Below, one piece after another: positions 24,356 to 36,513 of a DNA stretch of 64,000 nucleotides (position 1 is the first letter of the stretch; every line of letters begins with the position of its first letter). The translations under genes and the position numbers were made by a program. This DNA is from Dipteris shenzhenensis (Eukaryota): the NCBI GenBank assembly GCA_047967505.1, contig CM106538.1; one strand, 5' to 3'. The notes below the pieces were generated by a model. The model did not search any database and had not been told where the DNA came from. It worked only from the letters and a program-made list of their open reading frames with translations.

Positions 24356-26360
24356 TTATTCATCAAACATTTTACATTGGGGTTCTCTTAGGACCCAACG
24401 CCTCCCCTGTCTGACTTTACATTGCAACCAAAGCACAACCCCTTGGCTCCCTATTGAGGATTTCCAAGTAGCACATCTCCTTGTCTTCTTGACATGTTGA
24501 ACCACTTTTGCGAGACTTGAGACCTCTACCTTATCGCGCTTGAGAGTCCTGGCCTCTAGACATCTATAAAACCAGTCGAACATTTTGTGTAGTGCATTGC
24601 TTCGTGTGATACCACCCCCATGCCTTGTATTCTTGAAGTATGTTGCCTTTGCTCTATAGTGTGATTTCTCCATTCCTTGAGTATTCCAAATGGACAGAGG
24701 GCCCCATTGCTCCACAAACCATGGTGCATGTGCGTAAAGAATATGCTGTAAAGAAAAACATCGTATTAGAAACATAAACTGACTCAAGTTTAAGGCACAA
24801 AATTTCAACCTGAGGATTACCATGTAATGTGTAATATGTGACTCCCCCCATGCTTCTACCATCAATGATATGAATTATCCCAATGCTGTCTTGAATCTCT
24901 CATAATAAAGCTCATCTATTTGACCTTGTCTAAGCAACTTTGTAAATGCATCAAGCTTTGTCTACAATTTTGCTCTCAAAGTAGCAATTCATGGATGTGA
25001 AGCTTAATTTGTGGTGCACTCACACAAAGCTTTCTAGTACTTGCTTTGAGCCAATGCATGTTTTTCTTTATCAGCATTATGGTTGGATAAGAACCTCCTT
25101 GCCTTTCCTCCACCCATGGACACTTTAGCAAGAAGATTTTGTGTCTTTCCTGATTGTTTCTTGTCTTGCTTAAGCTTCACATTGCCTCCGTGAAGTCCCA
25201 TTAGTGAGAGTAGTTCTTCAGCTTTTGCAATGCATTGTGCAGATACTTGCTGTGGCCTCAAATTCCAAGCATAAACTAGATGGAGATAGAGTAACTTATC
25301 AAGTATATGCAGTTCAGCATGCAAAGTACACATGTGTACCCGCTCCAATCGAATTAGTAGAATGGGGTCCCACTTAGGATCCTTTTTGTGACGATCAAGG
25401 GCTACACTTTGGTTGCAAGAAAGGATGCCATTTTCCCATTGTAGGCTTCCCTTTTGCATCTTCTAAGAGTGGGTTCAATACAAGCATGTCCATTTTGCAT
25501 CTGCACCTATATCACAACCATACAAGCACTTGAGGGTCTTCAAATCACCAACTAGATGCCATTCAACTTGAAACGTTCCATGCGCATCCACTATTAACAT
25601 TTGCCTTGCCTCTTGTCTTCAAATAATCGACGGAATGCTGATTCTCTCCAAAACCCACTTCAATGTCTCGTGGCACTCCTTTGGGGTCTCAAAGGCTACA
25701 AGCCACCATATGTCCTTCTCAGATTGGATCGAGAAACCCTGCTCAACTTCCTCATCCCCTTGAGCAAAACGCAAGGGTCGTTCATAATACAAATGCTCAC
25801 CCTCTCTAGCTTGTGCTCTTTTACCAACTGAGCTTCGTCCATTTTTATAACAAATACTAGCTTGCCATCTATACAATGAAAGAGAAATATAGTAAGGATA
25901 TAGAAATGAGAAGAAATAAAGTTGAATGCAAAGAGGGAATTTCTCTTACCTTCTTCTCTCATCCCATAGAATTTGACCATGGCTCTCTGCAAATTCTCTA
26001 CATCCACACAAACATTATTGAAAGCATTCATCTCAAACGTTTGGATGCCAGATTTCTATTTCAAGTCATTGTGCCACTTACACAATCATATCCTCCAAAC
26101 TTTTCCCTAGCACATTGGTTTGTTTCTTGACATGCAAGCCTTATAGACCACGGTGTTGGCAATGGCATTGTAGATATATACTTTTCCTCCATAGTAGACT
26201 TGAAAATTTTAAAAACAGAGTTGTAAGATTTACGACTTACACCAGCAGCATCACAAGCTCTAAGCACCTCCTTTGCTTGCACGAGGCCCTTGAAGTCCTT
26301 CATTACCTCTCTAGCAACTTGTTCACTAAATCCAAAAGGTAATTCTCTTCAATAAAAATT
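24356..26360 (-). pseudogene. RAG1-core/Transib-like DDE transposase, spliced (introns 25869-25949 and 24746-24820)
   Basis: Ordered motifs VFVIKMDE, QSE, ECHETL, HLVVDLK..LYG..WTCLY*, TLHAEL, SMGGGKARRFL and ITHYM|HILYAHAPWFVEQWGPLSIWNTQGMEKSH. Removing both GT-AG introns restores the frame and motifs. Confidence 0.8.
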
Positions 26361-26469
26361 CACCACTTAATTGATTGGAGAGAAGAACACAATCACACCA
26401 CAAAAATGACAACAGACTCTGTACAATCTCCCCCCCTAGATGAGTGGCTCATGCTTCCTCATCTAGAGT

Positions 26470-27072
26470 ATTTATGATATTTCATAAAAGCACCAAGGAG
26501 CCAAAATTATCCCTCTCTTCCAAAATGAGGGATTTGCTTTACATAGCCATCTTAGGGCCCAAAAATGAATTATGTCCACTACAAAATATATATTGCTCAA
26601 ACTTGCAATAATAAAGCAAATACAAAATTGGCCCATGGCCATATATAATGCACTGTGCGACACCTCGATCAGTACCCTTGCACCAACTCCAATCCTTGCT
26701 ATGAGTTCCATCACTTGTACTCAAGCTGCCAATTACATTAGTTATTAACAATCGATTGAACGAATCATCGAATCAACAGATCCCAACATAACCCAACATA
26801 ACCACGCTCAAAGCACAATAATCAAGCACAAAACCAATAACACTAACATCATGCACTGTATGAAAAGGACTCTTTTGGGTGGCAAGGTCTAAAGGATACA
26901 AGTTTCCATCCACCCAAAGGTCAAGATGCTTCTTCCCTTGCAATCGAAGACTATGGAGCACACTTTGAGGAGTTCCACTATATCCCAAACGGCATGTGCT
27001 TGCATATTCTACCTCCAGTTGTAGGTTCACATGGTACTTGTTGGATATGTCCTCGAATGGTGCCATACTCAA
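26470..27072 (-). pseudogene. Unknown ORF upstream of the RAG1-like core; may be its N-terminal exons
   Basis: ORFs 26773-27072 and 26539-26751 on the same strand, possible donor gttagt at ~26847; follows a pyrimidine-rich leader on the - strand. Confidence 0.35.
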
Positions 27073-27099
27073 AGAGAGGTATTAGTGATGCATGCTAAA

Positions 27100-27556
27100 A
27101 TGTAGGGGAGAGCTAGCAAAGATGGAGCAGTGAGAGGGAGAGAGTAGCAAGGAAGAGGGAGGAGGAGAAGCAGATGAGGGCAAGAGGAAAAGGAGGAGGA
27201 GAGTAGGGGGACCAGTGTAGAAGGGAGGGAAGGAGCTACTGTAGAAGGAGGAGGAGGGGAGAGGTGCTACAGGAGGGAGGAGGAAGGGAGAGATTCTACA
27301 GGAGGGAGGAGCAGAGGAGAGGGAGCCTGGGTAGGTAGAGAAGGAGGGGAGAGGAAGGAGGGAGGAGGAGCTAGAAGGAGGAGGAGGAGGGGAGAGGGAG
27401 GAGGGAGGAGGAGGAGCGAGATGGAGGAGGGGAGAGGAGGAGGGAGGGGGAGGGAGGGAGAGGGAGAGGGAGGAGGAGGGAGGGAGCGAGGGAGGGAGGA
27501 GGGGGAGGGAGAGGGAGGGAGGGAGGGAGAGAGAGGGAGGGAGGGAGGGAGGGAGA
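27100..27556. repeat. GGA/GGGA low-complexity tract
   Basis: Almost pure purine on the + strand. Confidence 0.9.
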
Positions 27557-29449
27557 TTCAAAATTTAAAACTCAAATATCAAAAACTGGCCCACTCCCCT
27601 CATTGGTGGGGGGAGAGGTGGGCTCAAATGTGGGCTTAACCCATCTAGGTTGGGCCCTTGCATTAGCCCACTAAGCATTCCCTAATCCATTCCTTATGAG
27701 GCCCTTTTAAGACCCCAATTCTCCCTAATGCTACATGAATGTGATGACTCTGAACTGTGGGCATTTGAAAAGTGAGTGCAAATAAACAAATGCTAAGGTG
27801 TAAGTAGGCACAGCGAAAGACCACAAGCTAAGAGCTACCAAAAGTAAGACGGGGCTTTCAAGGATGTGTATGAGTAGCTTGATCCTTTATAATGTTGATG
27901 GTGTTGGAGCAGCAATGGAAACATGATGGAGACATGAGAATATGAAAGAAGCTTATTCATTCATGAGATACATGGCCAATATAAAGGCAAGAGATACAAT
28001 GTACCTATGAGCTCAAGAGAACATCTAGATTGATAAATTTCTCCATGAATCTCTCAATCACATACCACACTCCTAGATTCACTCAATCACACCTACTAAC
28101 TGACACATCATCAATCACACCTATCTCAGGCAATGTACCTACACACACAAACACACTTGTTCACACACTCACTCATGTGATCACACTCACAATCATAGAC
28201 CTTGGTATTAATCCATTACATCAATTTGTTCCAACATACCCCCCCACAAATCGATGACCTCAACCCTAGCAGTAGTCCATGGGAGACTTCATGGCTTGCA
28301 CACCTCTAGTGAAACCACTCATGATCCCAACCTGGCACTCACTCTAGTTGCATCAGTAGCAGTAGACTCATTTCGACATCCTCACCCCAACATGATCTCA
28401 CTATGAATTTGGTCTCTTGTTTTACAATTGGGAGACTAAACAATGACTATGAATGGGAAATTCCCATAGGTCTGACAAGGTAAACTCAGACATAAGACTA
28501 AAAATCATTTAAGGGGGACATCCCAAGGCAAAGAACCCTTATTGACCACACAAAAATTCTAATATTTTGGAGATGTTGGGAAGATTCCCCCCTTGATAGC
28601 AGTCCTTTTCCAGTCTCATTTCCATGCTATCATTGTGTCTGGTCCACAAATGTATAATTATATATTCAATAGGGTGCATATTTAAACCACCATGTTGATG
28701 TAGTTGAAAGAGTCCAAGTTGATGTCCTGCCAATGCTTTGGAGAGGCTCTGAATGTGTAACATCTATTTCAGGTACATAACATTGGTACCCATTTTAAGA
28801 TTCTCTCAAAAATTCATTAAAATTATAATTAAAAGAAAAAAGCTATATTTTGCGGTCAAAAACTAAAAACTTACAGAATTCATACATTTTTCAAACATCA
28901 TGCCTATTAAATAAAAAGGGCCTCCACTATATCGCAAAATATCTTTTGGTGATTTGCACAATCCTTAATGTGAGTAGTATTAAGGCTTGTGTAAACTATC
29001 ATACCCATCGGAGATATACACATATGCTAGAAGCACATTGATGCATATTTCTTAATAGTCATGCATAATTTGTGTTAAGAAATTAAGAAATATACATGAT
29101 CAACCATGCAAATAATATTCGATGGATATGATACTTTGTAGAAGCCTTAATGTGAGTAAGATTAAGGCCCATGAAAAGTATAAATTGTAAAACATTTTAT
29201 CGATGCTTTTATTGATGACAAATATGGCAAAAAATCTCCCTGATGGCATGAGCAATATGCTTTTTTCATGGCCTTTGGACCGTCCTTACCAACAGCAACT
29301 TCTACTCCCCATCTTCTTCTTTTTTTAGGCACAAAAACAAGTTTGTTAATATTATGATCATCATATAATTTATACACATAAGTTCTTCGCCCAGGATTTC
29401 TCCTTATCAAAGCAAAAAAACAAACAAAATTTGATGCTGTTGACCTAGT

Positions 29450-32135
29450 TGTTAGAATTATTAATATATTCTAGGTAGTGGCCAATGTAATGTAATAAGT
29501 GAGTTAGGGGCACTTTTCCCTTTTAGAGGTTTTTCCCCCTAACCATAGTCTAATATCTAACTAAGGTTAGTGATTAGATAGGGTTTTGTCACTTAGATAA
29601 AACCCTTATCTCTTTCCTTGTACTCACACTTCAGTCACTTCAGTTTAGCACACTTTGGGAGTGAACTACGTTCAGCTTACTCTCCATCTTCCTCACTCTT
29701 GCTCTCTTGCTTTATCTCACATTTGGTATCAGAGCACTTCCTTCCCGGACCTGCTCCCTGCTCCTAGATTCTTGTTTCTAGCTCCTGCATTTCAACTCCA
29801 TCGCCAAGCTCCAGCTCCCATTCATTCGTATAGCTCCATCGTGACCATACAGTTCGTATAGTCTATACAATTGTATGGATTTTGTACCATGCCTGCTTCC
29901 ATTCATACACCTGTGCATTTCATTTGTACAGCCCCGTACGATTGTATGGATTTTCGTACATGTGCGTTAGTTCATTTGTATAGATTTTCGTACAGTTCGT
30001 TCGCACAAATTTCTGTACATTTAGCCCATACAGATTTTTGTACTATCAGGACACTTTGTCCGTATAGATGTCCGTACTGCTCATGTAGTTCATTCGTACA
30101 AGGTTCCATACAATTCTATACTTGCAGATTTATGTAGGCTGAAGGTGTTCGATGTCCCCGTCATTTGTTGACAAGTGTCATTTGCAGGCTCAGTTGTGCA
30201 ATCAACCATTGTTTGGCTTAGTTTTTGGGAGCACATTTGAAATTGTAGCAGGCATTGTAGTAGATCTGCAAGTTTTGGAGATTTTTTGGGGCTTTTGCAA
30301 TTGCATTACAATCTGGCAGTGAAATTTGGGGCTTTTGTAGGCAGAGTGCAATTTGAGCAACGTTTGGGCTTTCAGATCATTTGCCCTCTTTTGTATGCAA
30401 TTTCTCGTAAGAAATTGGGGCTTTTCAATTTGGGTTGCAATTTTGCAGGTAAAAGAGCATTTTGGAAGTTTGCAAGTAGTTCTAGACTCAGTTCGAGTCA
30501 ATTTGTAGACTTTTGCCACTTTTTGTAGATTCTATTTGCATATTTTTAGGCATTCAATAGAGCAATGAGGTGCCTTTTGAGCCTTTGATAGGCTGTGATA
30601 GTATTTGTCACTGTGGGTAGATTTTCTTTGTAGATTTTACTTGTCCATTTGACATCCTAGAAAGGGAATTTACTTGGTCAGTTTGTTGTGTTTTTTGAGT
30701 TTATTTGGCAAAAATGGCTTAGAACAACCCCAATGAGGTGTTTAGAGTTCTCACACATGAGGATAAGTTGGATGGCACCAACTACTCCTTGTGGAGTTTC
30801 ATAGTTCACAATATCTTGGTTGGTAGACATCTTTGGGATTATGTCAATGGAGATGAAGCAAGACCAGATACAGTGGCTACACTTGTCACTCCTATAGTTG
30901 GAGGCAGGGGTAGGGGTGCAAATGCAGCATAAGTAGTTGGAGCAGTCGCTCTAGGAGCTCCCACAGTAGAGCAGAAAAGATGGGACTCTAGAGATGCACA
31001 AGCTCTTTCAATGATTTCTCTCTCTATCAAGAGGTTCATTATACCTCACATTCGATCATGCAAGACATGTATGGTAGCTTGGGAGATACTAGAGAGTATG
31101 TTTATAGTAAGAAATGACTCCAAAGTTTCCTTTCTAAAGTGAGAGCCTTCCCATATGCATATGGATGAGGGAGATTTCCATGAATTCTCACCTCACAAAG
31201 CTTCACGACTTGTGGGAGCAGTTGTTGAATATTGATGGTCCCATTCCGGATTCAAAGATGATCACCACCACTCTGAATTCTCTTCTTGAGTCCTATCTTG
31301 GTTTCCACACCTCGCTGAATTTATCATTGAGGGGGGGCAACAATCCTCTCTTTTCATGAGTTGGTAGGACTTCTATTACAGGAGGAGCAGACTCGCAGAA
31401 ATATGGCATCCCAGGCTGGCAAGCATGCCATGCTTTCCAAGTTCAAGCCCAAGGGTAAAGGGCAGCAAAAGCCACATGCCAATTAGCCCACACATCAGCA
31501 TAAAGCTAATTCAAGACATCCCTCTTATAAGGCAAAGGCTGATGTAGATAAGCAAAAAAAGAAGGGCATTTGTCATTATTGCAAGAAGCCAGATAAAAGA
31601 AAAGGGATTCAGGTATGGCTATGTTAGATGCATCAGCTCCTCATTCTCATGATGGGGGAGATGTTGTAGCCAACTTTGTGGAAGAGCACTATGCCTTTCA
31701 ATCTTGCACTTCAGATTTTTCAGTGGGTAGTTCAGATGCTACAACCACTAATGATGATGACCCTTATGCTTTTTTGACTTGCAGCTATGATCCTTTAAAG
31801 GATGCATGCTCTCTCAGTGTCAATGAGACACTCAATACTTGTATTTTGATAGTAGTGCTTCAAAGCACATTACTTCCAAGAAGGGTCTTTTTGCATCTCT
31901 ACACCCACCACCTACCAAAAAGAAGGTGACTTGTGAAAATAATTCTTCTTATTCAGTGTATGGAGTGGGAGACATTATTCTCACATCGACTGATGGCACA
32001 TATTTCAGAATTTCAGATGTTCTCTATGTGCCAGGCATAAAGAAGAATTTGCTTTCAATGTCCTCACTCAATAGAGGAGGATTTCAGGTTGTTTTTGATG
32101 ATGATAAGTGTGCAGTTAGAGACAAAGAGAATTAC
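29450..32135 (+). mobile_element. Ty1/copia element (family A): 5' LTR, PBS, degraded gag and protease; 3'-truncated
   Basis: LTR ~29450-29721; PBS TGGTATCAGAGC 29724-29735; gag DKLDGTNYSLWSF..LWDYVNG; protease YFDSSASKHIT..DVLYVPGIKKNLLS. Confidence 0.85.
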
Positions 32136-33111
32136 TATGCTTCCATGGCACAATTTGTCAACAAAATCAAAAGCATTATGTCCCAACTAGAGGGCATAAA
32201 TGCAAAAGTAGGGGAGAAAGATGCACTTGCAATATCCTTAAAGCATGCCTACAGAGTATAGTGCATTGACAACCACTTTGAAGAATTTGCCAGATCCAAA
32301 GTTTGAAGAATGTGTATCCTCTCTTCTCAAAAAAGAAAGAGAGTTGAAAGCATCGACATCAACATCAACACGTAACGGCTATAATGAAGAACAAGCACTA
32401 TTCAGTAAAACATCAATGAAGTGCTACCATTGCAAAAGGATGGGTCACTATCAAAGTGACTGCAGATTGAAGAACAAACCAAAGTGTCACTATTGCAAGA
32501 AGCTGGGACACAAGGAAGAAGATTGCAGATTGAAGAACCAACAGGTCAACTACATGGAATTGTCATCAAGCCATGAGCCAAAAGGTAACATCAATGGAAT
32601 GTATTGAGAAACGAAAACCCTTGCCAACCTTGCCTATTTGTTTGTAATCAAACCTGACCACCTGAGAGTAGCTATGAAAGCACCCAGGGGAGGTATTGAC
32701 ATGTAAACCACACTTGACCACCTTAAGTAGCAATGCATGCACTAAGGGGAGGTGATGGAATGTAACTCTCATTTGACCACCTTGCAGTAGCCAAAGGATC
32801 ATGGCACCAAGGGGAGGTGTTGAGATATGGTGCCATGAGCACATAGATTAAAGGACTAAGGTATGGTATAAGAAAGAATTAAAGTAGCCACCCTAGGATG
32901 TGGACTACAAGATGTGGAGATGTGGATTGAGGATATCCACAAGGAGAGATGTGGATGAGAGGATCCCACATGGTTTGACTATTCTAAAGGTTTTCTCTAT
33001 ATAAGAAGCCTATCATGTATTGTTGAGAACACACATTGTAATAGATTGAGTGTTTGCTACCCTATGTCTCTCTTGTGGTGCTTTGATCCTCCTTGATCCC
33101 TCACTTTGTCA
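32136..33111 (+). mobile_element. 3' half of a gag-only (TR-GAG-like) family B element with its 3' LTR
   Basis: Copia-type gag C-terminus with two CCHC knuckles (CYHCKRMGHYQSDC, CHYCKKLGHKEEDC); 32563-32817 matches 7323-7580; LTR 32818-33111 is homologous to 5267-5609. Confidence 0.85.
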
Positions 33112-36100
33112 GTCGCAATTTTGGATTGTCAGTCTATCAGTTCCCAAGTCATGGAGGACTGGGAGACCCCATTCTTCATAGAGCTCCTTTGATAGGATAT
33201 TTACACTTGCTCCACCATCCACTATGGCTTGGACTTCATTATATGCCTTGTGAATCAAAGGCACACTAATGTTGCATGTGTCACCTCTCACCCATCTGCA
33301 TAGGGATATCTTCAATGTCATTCATAGGTGGAGGGGGATTTGCGAGTTCAATCCATCCTTTGAAACTCTCCCAGAGATTGGGACAATTCCGTAGGAGGAT
33401 TCCGATGGGAATTGACAGAGGGCAACTCAGGATGCTAGAGAGTGTGGCTCCTTCAAGTTGACATGGTGGTACATTATGTTGTGGAGTTTGTTGTTGGAAC
33501 AGAGGCTCGAGTACAATATCAATACTATGTGGGGCCAAGTCATGGATTGGGTCTTGAGCTTGTTTCTTAGCCTCAAATTGAGCTTGTTTCTCAGTCTCAA
33601 ATTGAGTACCCATTGTTGAAGTGCCTGAAAGCGAGCCTTCTCCACCTTTGCACTTGGGCCTGGAGCTTCCTTTATTTGAGGCTCAAGAGTTGATGTGGAT
33701 GAGCTCGACTACTCATTGCTTGGTGGAGGTGGAGGTACTTGTGCTTTCTTTTTAAGAAGTCACTTTTGTTGGATTGGAATGTTAGGGTCCTTCTCGGGTG
33801 CTTGGTGGCCTGTTTTTGTTGGCATGTAATTACATTTACAAGTTGTGATATTACACTTGTCGGACCTAGACTTTGATGATCCACCCCAATGATGCCGATT
33901 GGGACATCAAGCTTAACCTCTGTTTGTTGTGGGACTTTATTTTTCATGGGAAAATCCATACAGGCATGTCCTATGCCACAATCTCTGCAGAGTGGTTAGA
34001 ATGTAGCGGGGCTACCACGATGAGGGCACTCTACGATCCAGTGATTTTCTCCACAATCGTAGCACTTAATTGGTGCTTGATATGTGTTGGGATGTACTCA
34101 ATTTGCATAAACTAGTATTAGACCCTCTGCACCTTTAACATCCAAGATAGGTAGAAGGAGAGGGTGGGGAGAATTCAATACTTGACCCAAACGTTCAGCA
34201 CCAAATAAACTTGCAATCCTTTGTTGATAGTTTATCTTTAGACCAAAAAGAATTACAACTAGAAGCTTGAAATGAGGCACAAAAGGTTGATTAGGTACAA
34301 ATGGATTCCTTGGTTGAAACATTGCCAACCATAGCCGAGGCCTAGAAACCTTTGTAGTGAGATTGAGAATAAACCATTCAAGACGAGCTTATCCATAGGA
34401 ATTAATAGGCAGATCTCCCCCCAAGCTTGGGAGCATCCCACCCTTTGAAGAAGGACACCCTTTTAATTATCTCTGAAGCAACAAGTAGCTCGATCATCGT
34501 ACAATGAGTAGAATTGAAATCAAAGTCCTCCCATCGTATCACTAGTTCTTTACCATGAATCATCCATGGTGCATCATCCCACCCATCATCTCCTTGAACA
34601 ATGCACCAGACAATGAGCCGTTGAAGGTCTACATGAAGATCAAGAAAGAGATCTCGCCCATTGGTAGCCATAAGGCTCGGAGGACTAGGCACCAAATCCT
34701 TAAACTTGTCGAGAAGTGACATAAATATCCACCCTCCTCATGTGGCATGCGTCCATGAAGTGAACTTGGAAAAGTTTTGAATTAGTGATCTAGTAGGAGA
34801 TGTGAATAGAGCACATGAAATGAAATACTTTTGCTTTTTATAGCAAGAGTAAACTCCCCACGGTTAGAGAGTTACAGTTCCCGAGATTTCAATATATAAG
34901 CAAAAATCATTACATCACTTCCTACTTGTTGGCCCAATGATAAGTCTCCCTTTTGTGAAGGGGGAGGTCTTGGGTTCAAATCCCACTCTTTAATAAAAAG
35001 AGAGGAGAGGAGAGGAGAAGGAGAAGGGAAAGAGAAGGAGAAGGACAAGGAGAGGAATAGGAAGAGGAAGAGGAAGAGGAGAGAGAGGGGGGGCACAGGA
35101 TCTGTTACAATTTTGCAAAAACCCAAAAAAGCTATTCGTGACCAGAAGATGCAAGAGCCTAGAAAACCGCCGCGATCTATCCGCGATGCACGCCGGTGTA
35201 CACATGGATGCACGAATGCACATGCAAGAGCTCAGAGGGAGCACCGATGTTGCAGTTCTACAGGTGCGACCGATACGAGCAGAAGATTCGCCAGCCAGAA
35301 TACACATAGGAACCGCAAGCAGAAAGTAGGCCGACTGGAAGCGCAAAAGCAGGGAGGTTTTCAAGCTGTAGAGACAGGGAAGGCACGCAGTTTAGAGGCA
35401 CAAAAGTAGAGAACTGCACACAGAAGAGGCCGCAGAGCCGCACCCTGTCGTAGGAGTAACAGATTTTACACCACTAGCTGTGGAGATTTTGATCCCAGTA
35501 GCCACACCATTTCTGTTACCTAAAAAAGAAATCAGGACAAGAGGCTAGACACTAAGCATGGCGACGCTCAAGGGCCATAGAGGAAAGGAGAACGTGAGGG
35601 CGAAACATTATCATGGGAGGGGAAAAGGGATTAGAAGGGGAGGGAATGAAGAGGGAGACTATGGCACTAGGGGAAAGGGAGAGGGGGAAGAGAAGCATGT
35701 ACATGATGGGAGGAGGATTGTAAAGATGGAGACATCAAGGGAAGAGGACCATGCTTTATTTGAAAGGAAGGAAAGGGGAAAATCAAAGTACTAGCTAGGT
35801 GGCTTTACAAGAATGAGCGTGTCCCATCAAGGAATAGCCGCCTCCTTTTATAGCCAAGAGAGGGGGTCTCTCCCAATAAATGCATCCTCCCACATGCAAG
35901 GTGTGTGTGGAAGAGTCTCCCATGTGGGCTAGGTGGCTACGCACTCTCAATTGTGTGCGATAATGCTTGGCCACATTTTTCCACATATATCAACTCCGAT
36001 ATCCCAAGTCTATGATACTCCCTTGGTCTCTTCCCAATTTTATAATACGTTCAAACATCTAGGAGGACAAATGGAGGGCTGGCACAAGGAATCTTGCCAC

Positions 36101-36500
36101 CTCATCCTACTTTCCCCATTATTTAACTTGCACTCTTAGACCTTCTATACCTCCCCCACATGGGCCTATCCTATATGGAGGGAATAACCCAATATAATAT
36201 CCATCTCCACCTATTTTATATTACTTCTCTCATGGACTCTGAGCCATATCTCACTAAATGTAGGCATGGGATTGCCTAGGTGGAGGGGTGGCACATGGAG
36301 GAGCCATGCCACCTTACATTTTATAATATTACTACCATGGATTATGTACATCACACCTTATGGGTCCTCTTACGTGGAAGGGTGGCACATGATCATGCCC
36401 TGCCACCTCAACACTAGGCCGTATGCACACCATATTTTATTATACTATTGCCACACATACAAACACACACACATATTTATGCCTTTTTACTTTGGTCAAA
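33112..36500 (-). mobile_element. Ty3/gypsy element: 5' LTR, PBS, degraded gag and aspartic protease
   Basis: Protease VQAIVDGGASVNILS; knuckle KCYDCGENHWIVEC (~34025-34065); LTR end at 35514 with TATA ggctataaaagg (~35843-35855); PBS 35492-35509; far LTR boundary approximate. Confidence 0.75.
34925..34986 (+). other. tRNA-derived (SINE-like or pseudo-tRNA) fragment with a GTG anticodon-like loop
   Basis: A-box-like TGGCCCAATGA; stem-loop ccctt-TTGTGAA-ggggg; variable loop aggtc; T-arm GGGTTCAAATCCC; no acceptor stem. Confidence 0.5.
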
Positions 36501-36512
36501 TTTATCCATAAC

Positions 36513-36513
<1 letters not shown>

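Noticed and set aside
27082-27639. Pro/Ser-rich and Gly/Glu-rich ORFs (also 16267-16515 and 18818-19357)
   Set aside because: Translation artefacts of purine/pyrimidine low-complexity DNA.
15000-29450. RSS-like or Transib TIRs (CACAGTG/CACTATG) bounding the RAG1-like cassette
   Set aside because: No convincing inverted CAC-starting pair with a 5-bp TSD was found by eye. The cactata hits at ~19873 and ~28925 are in direct orientation.
34925-34986. Functional tRNA-His gene
   Set aside because: No acceptor stem, and the D and anticodon stems are imperfect.
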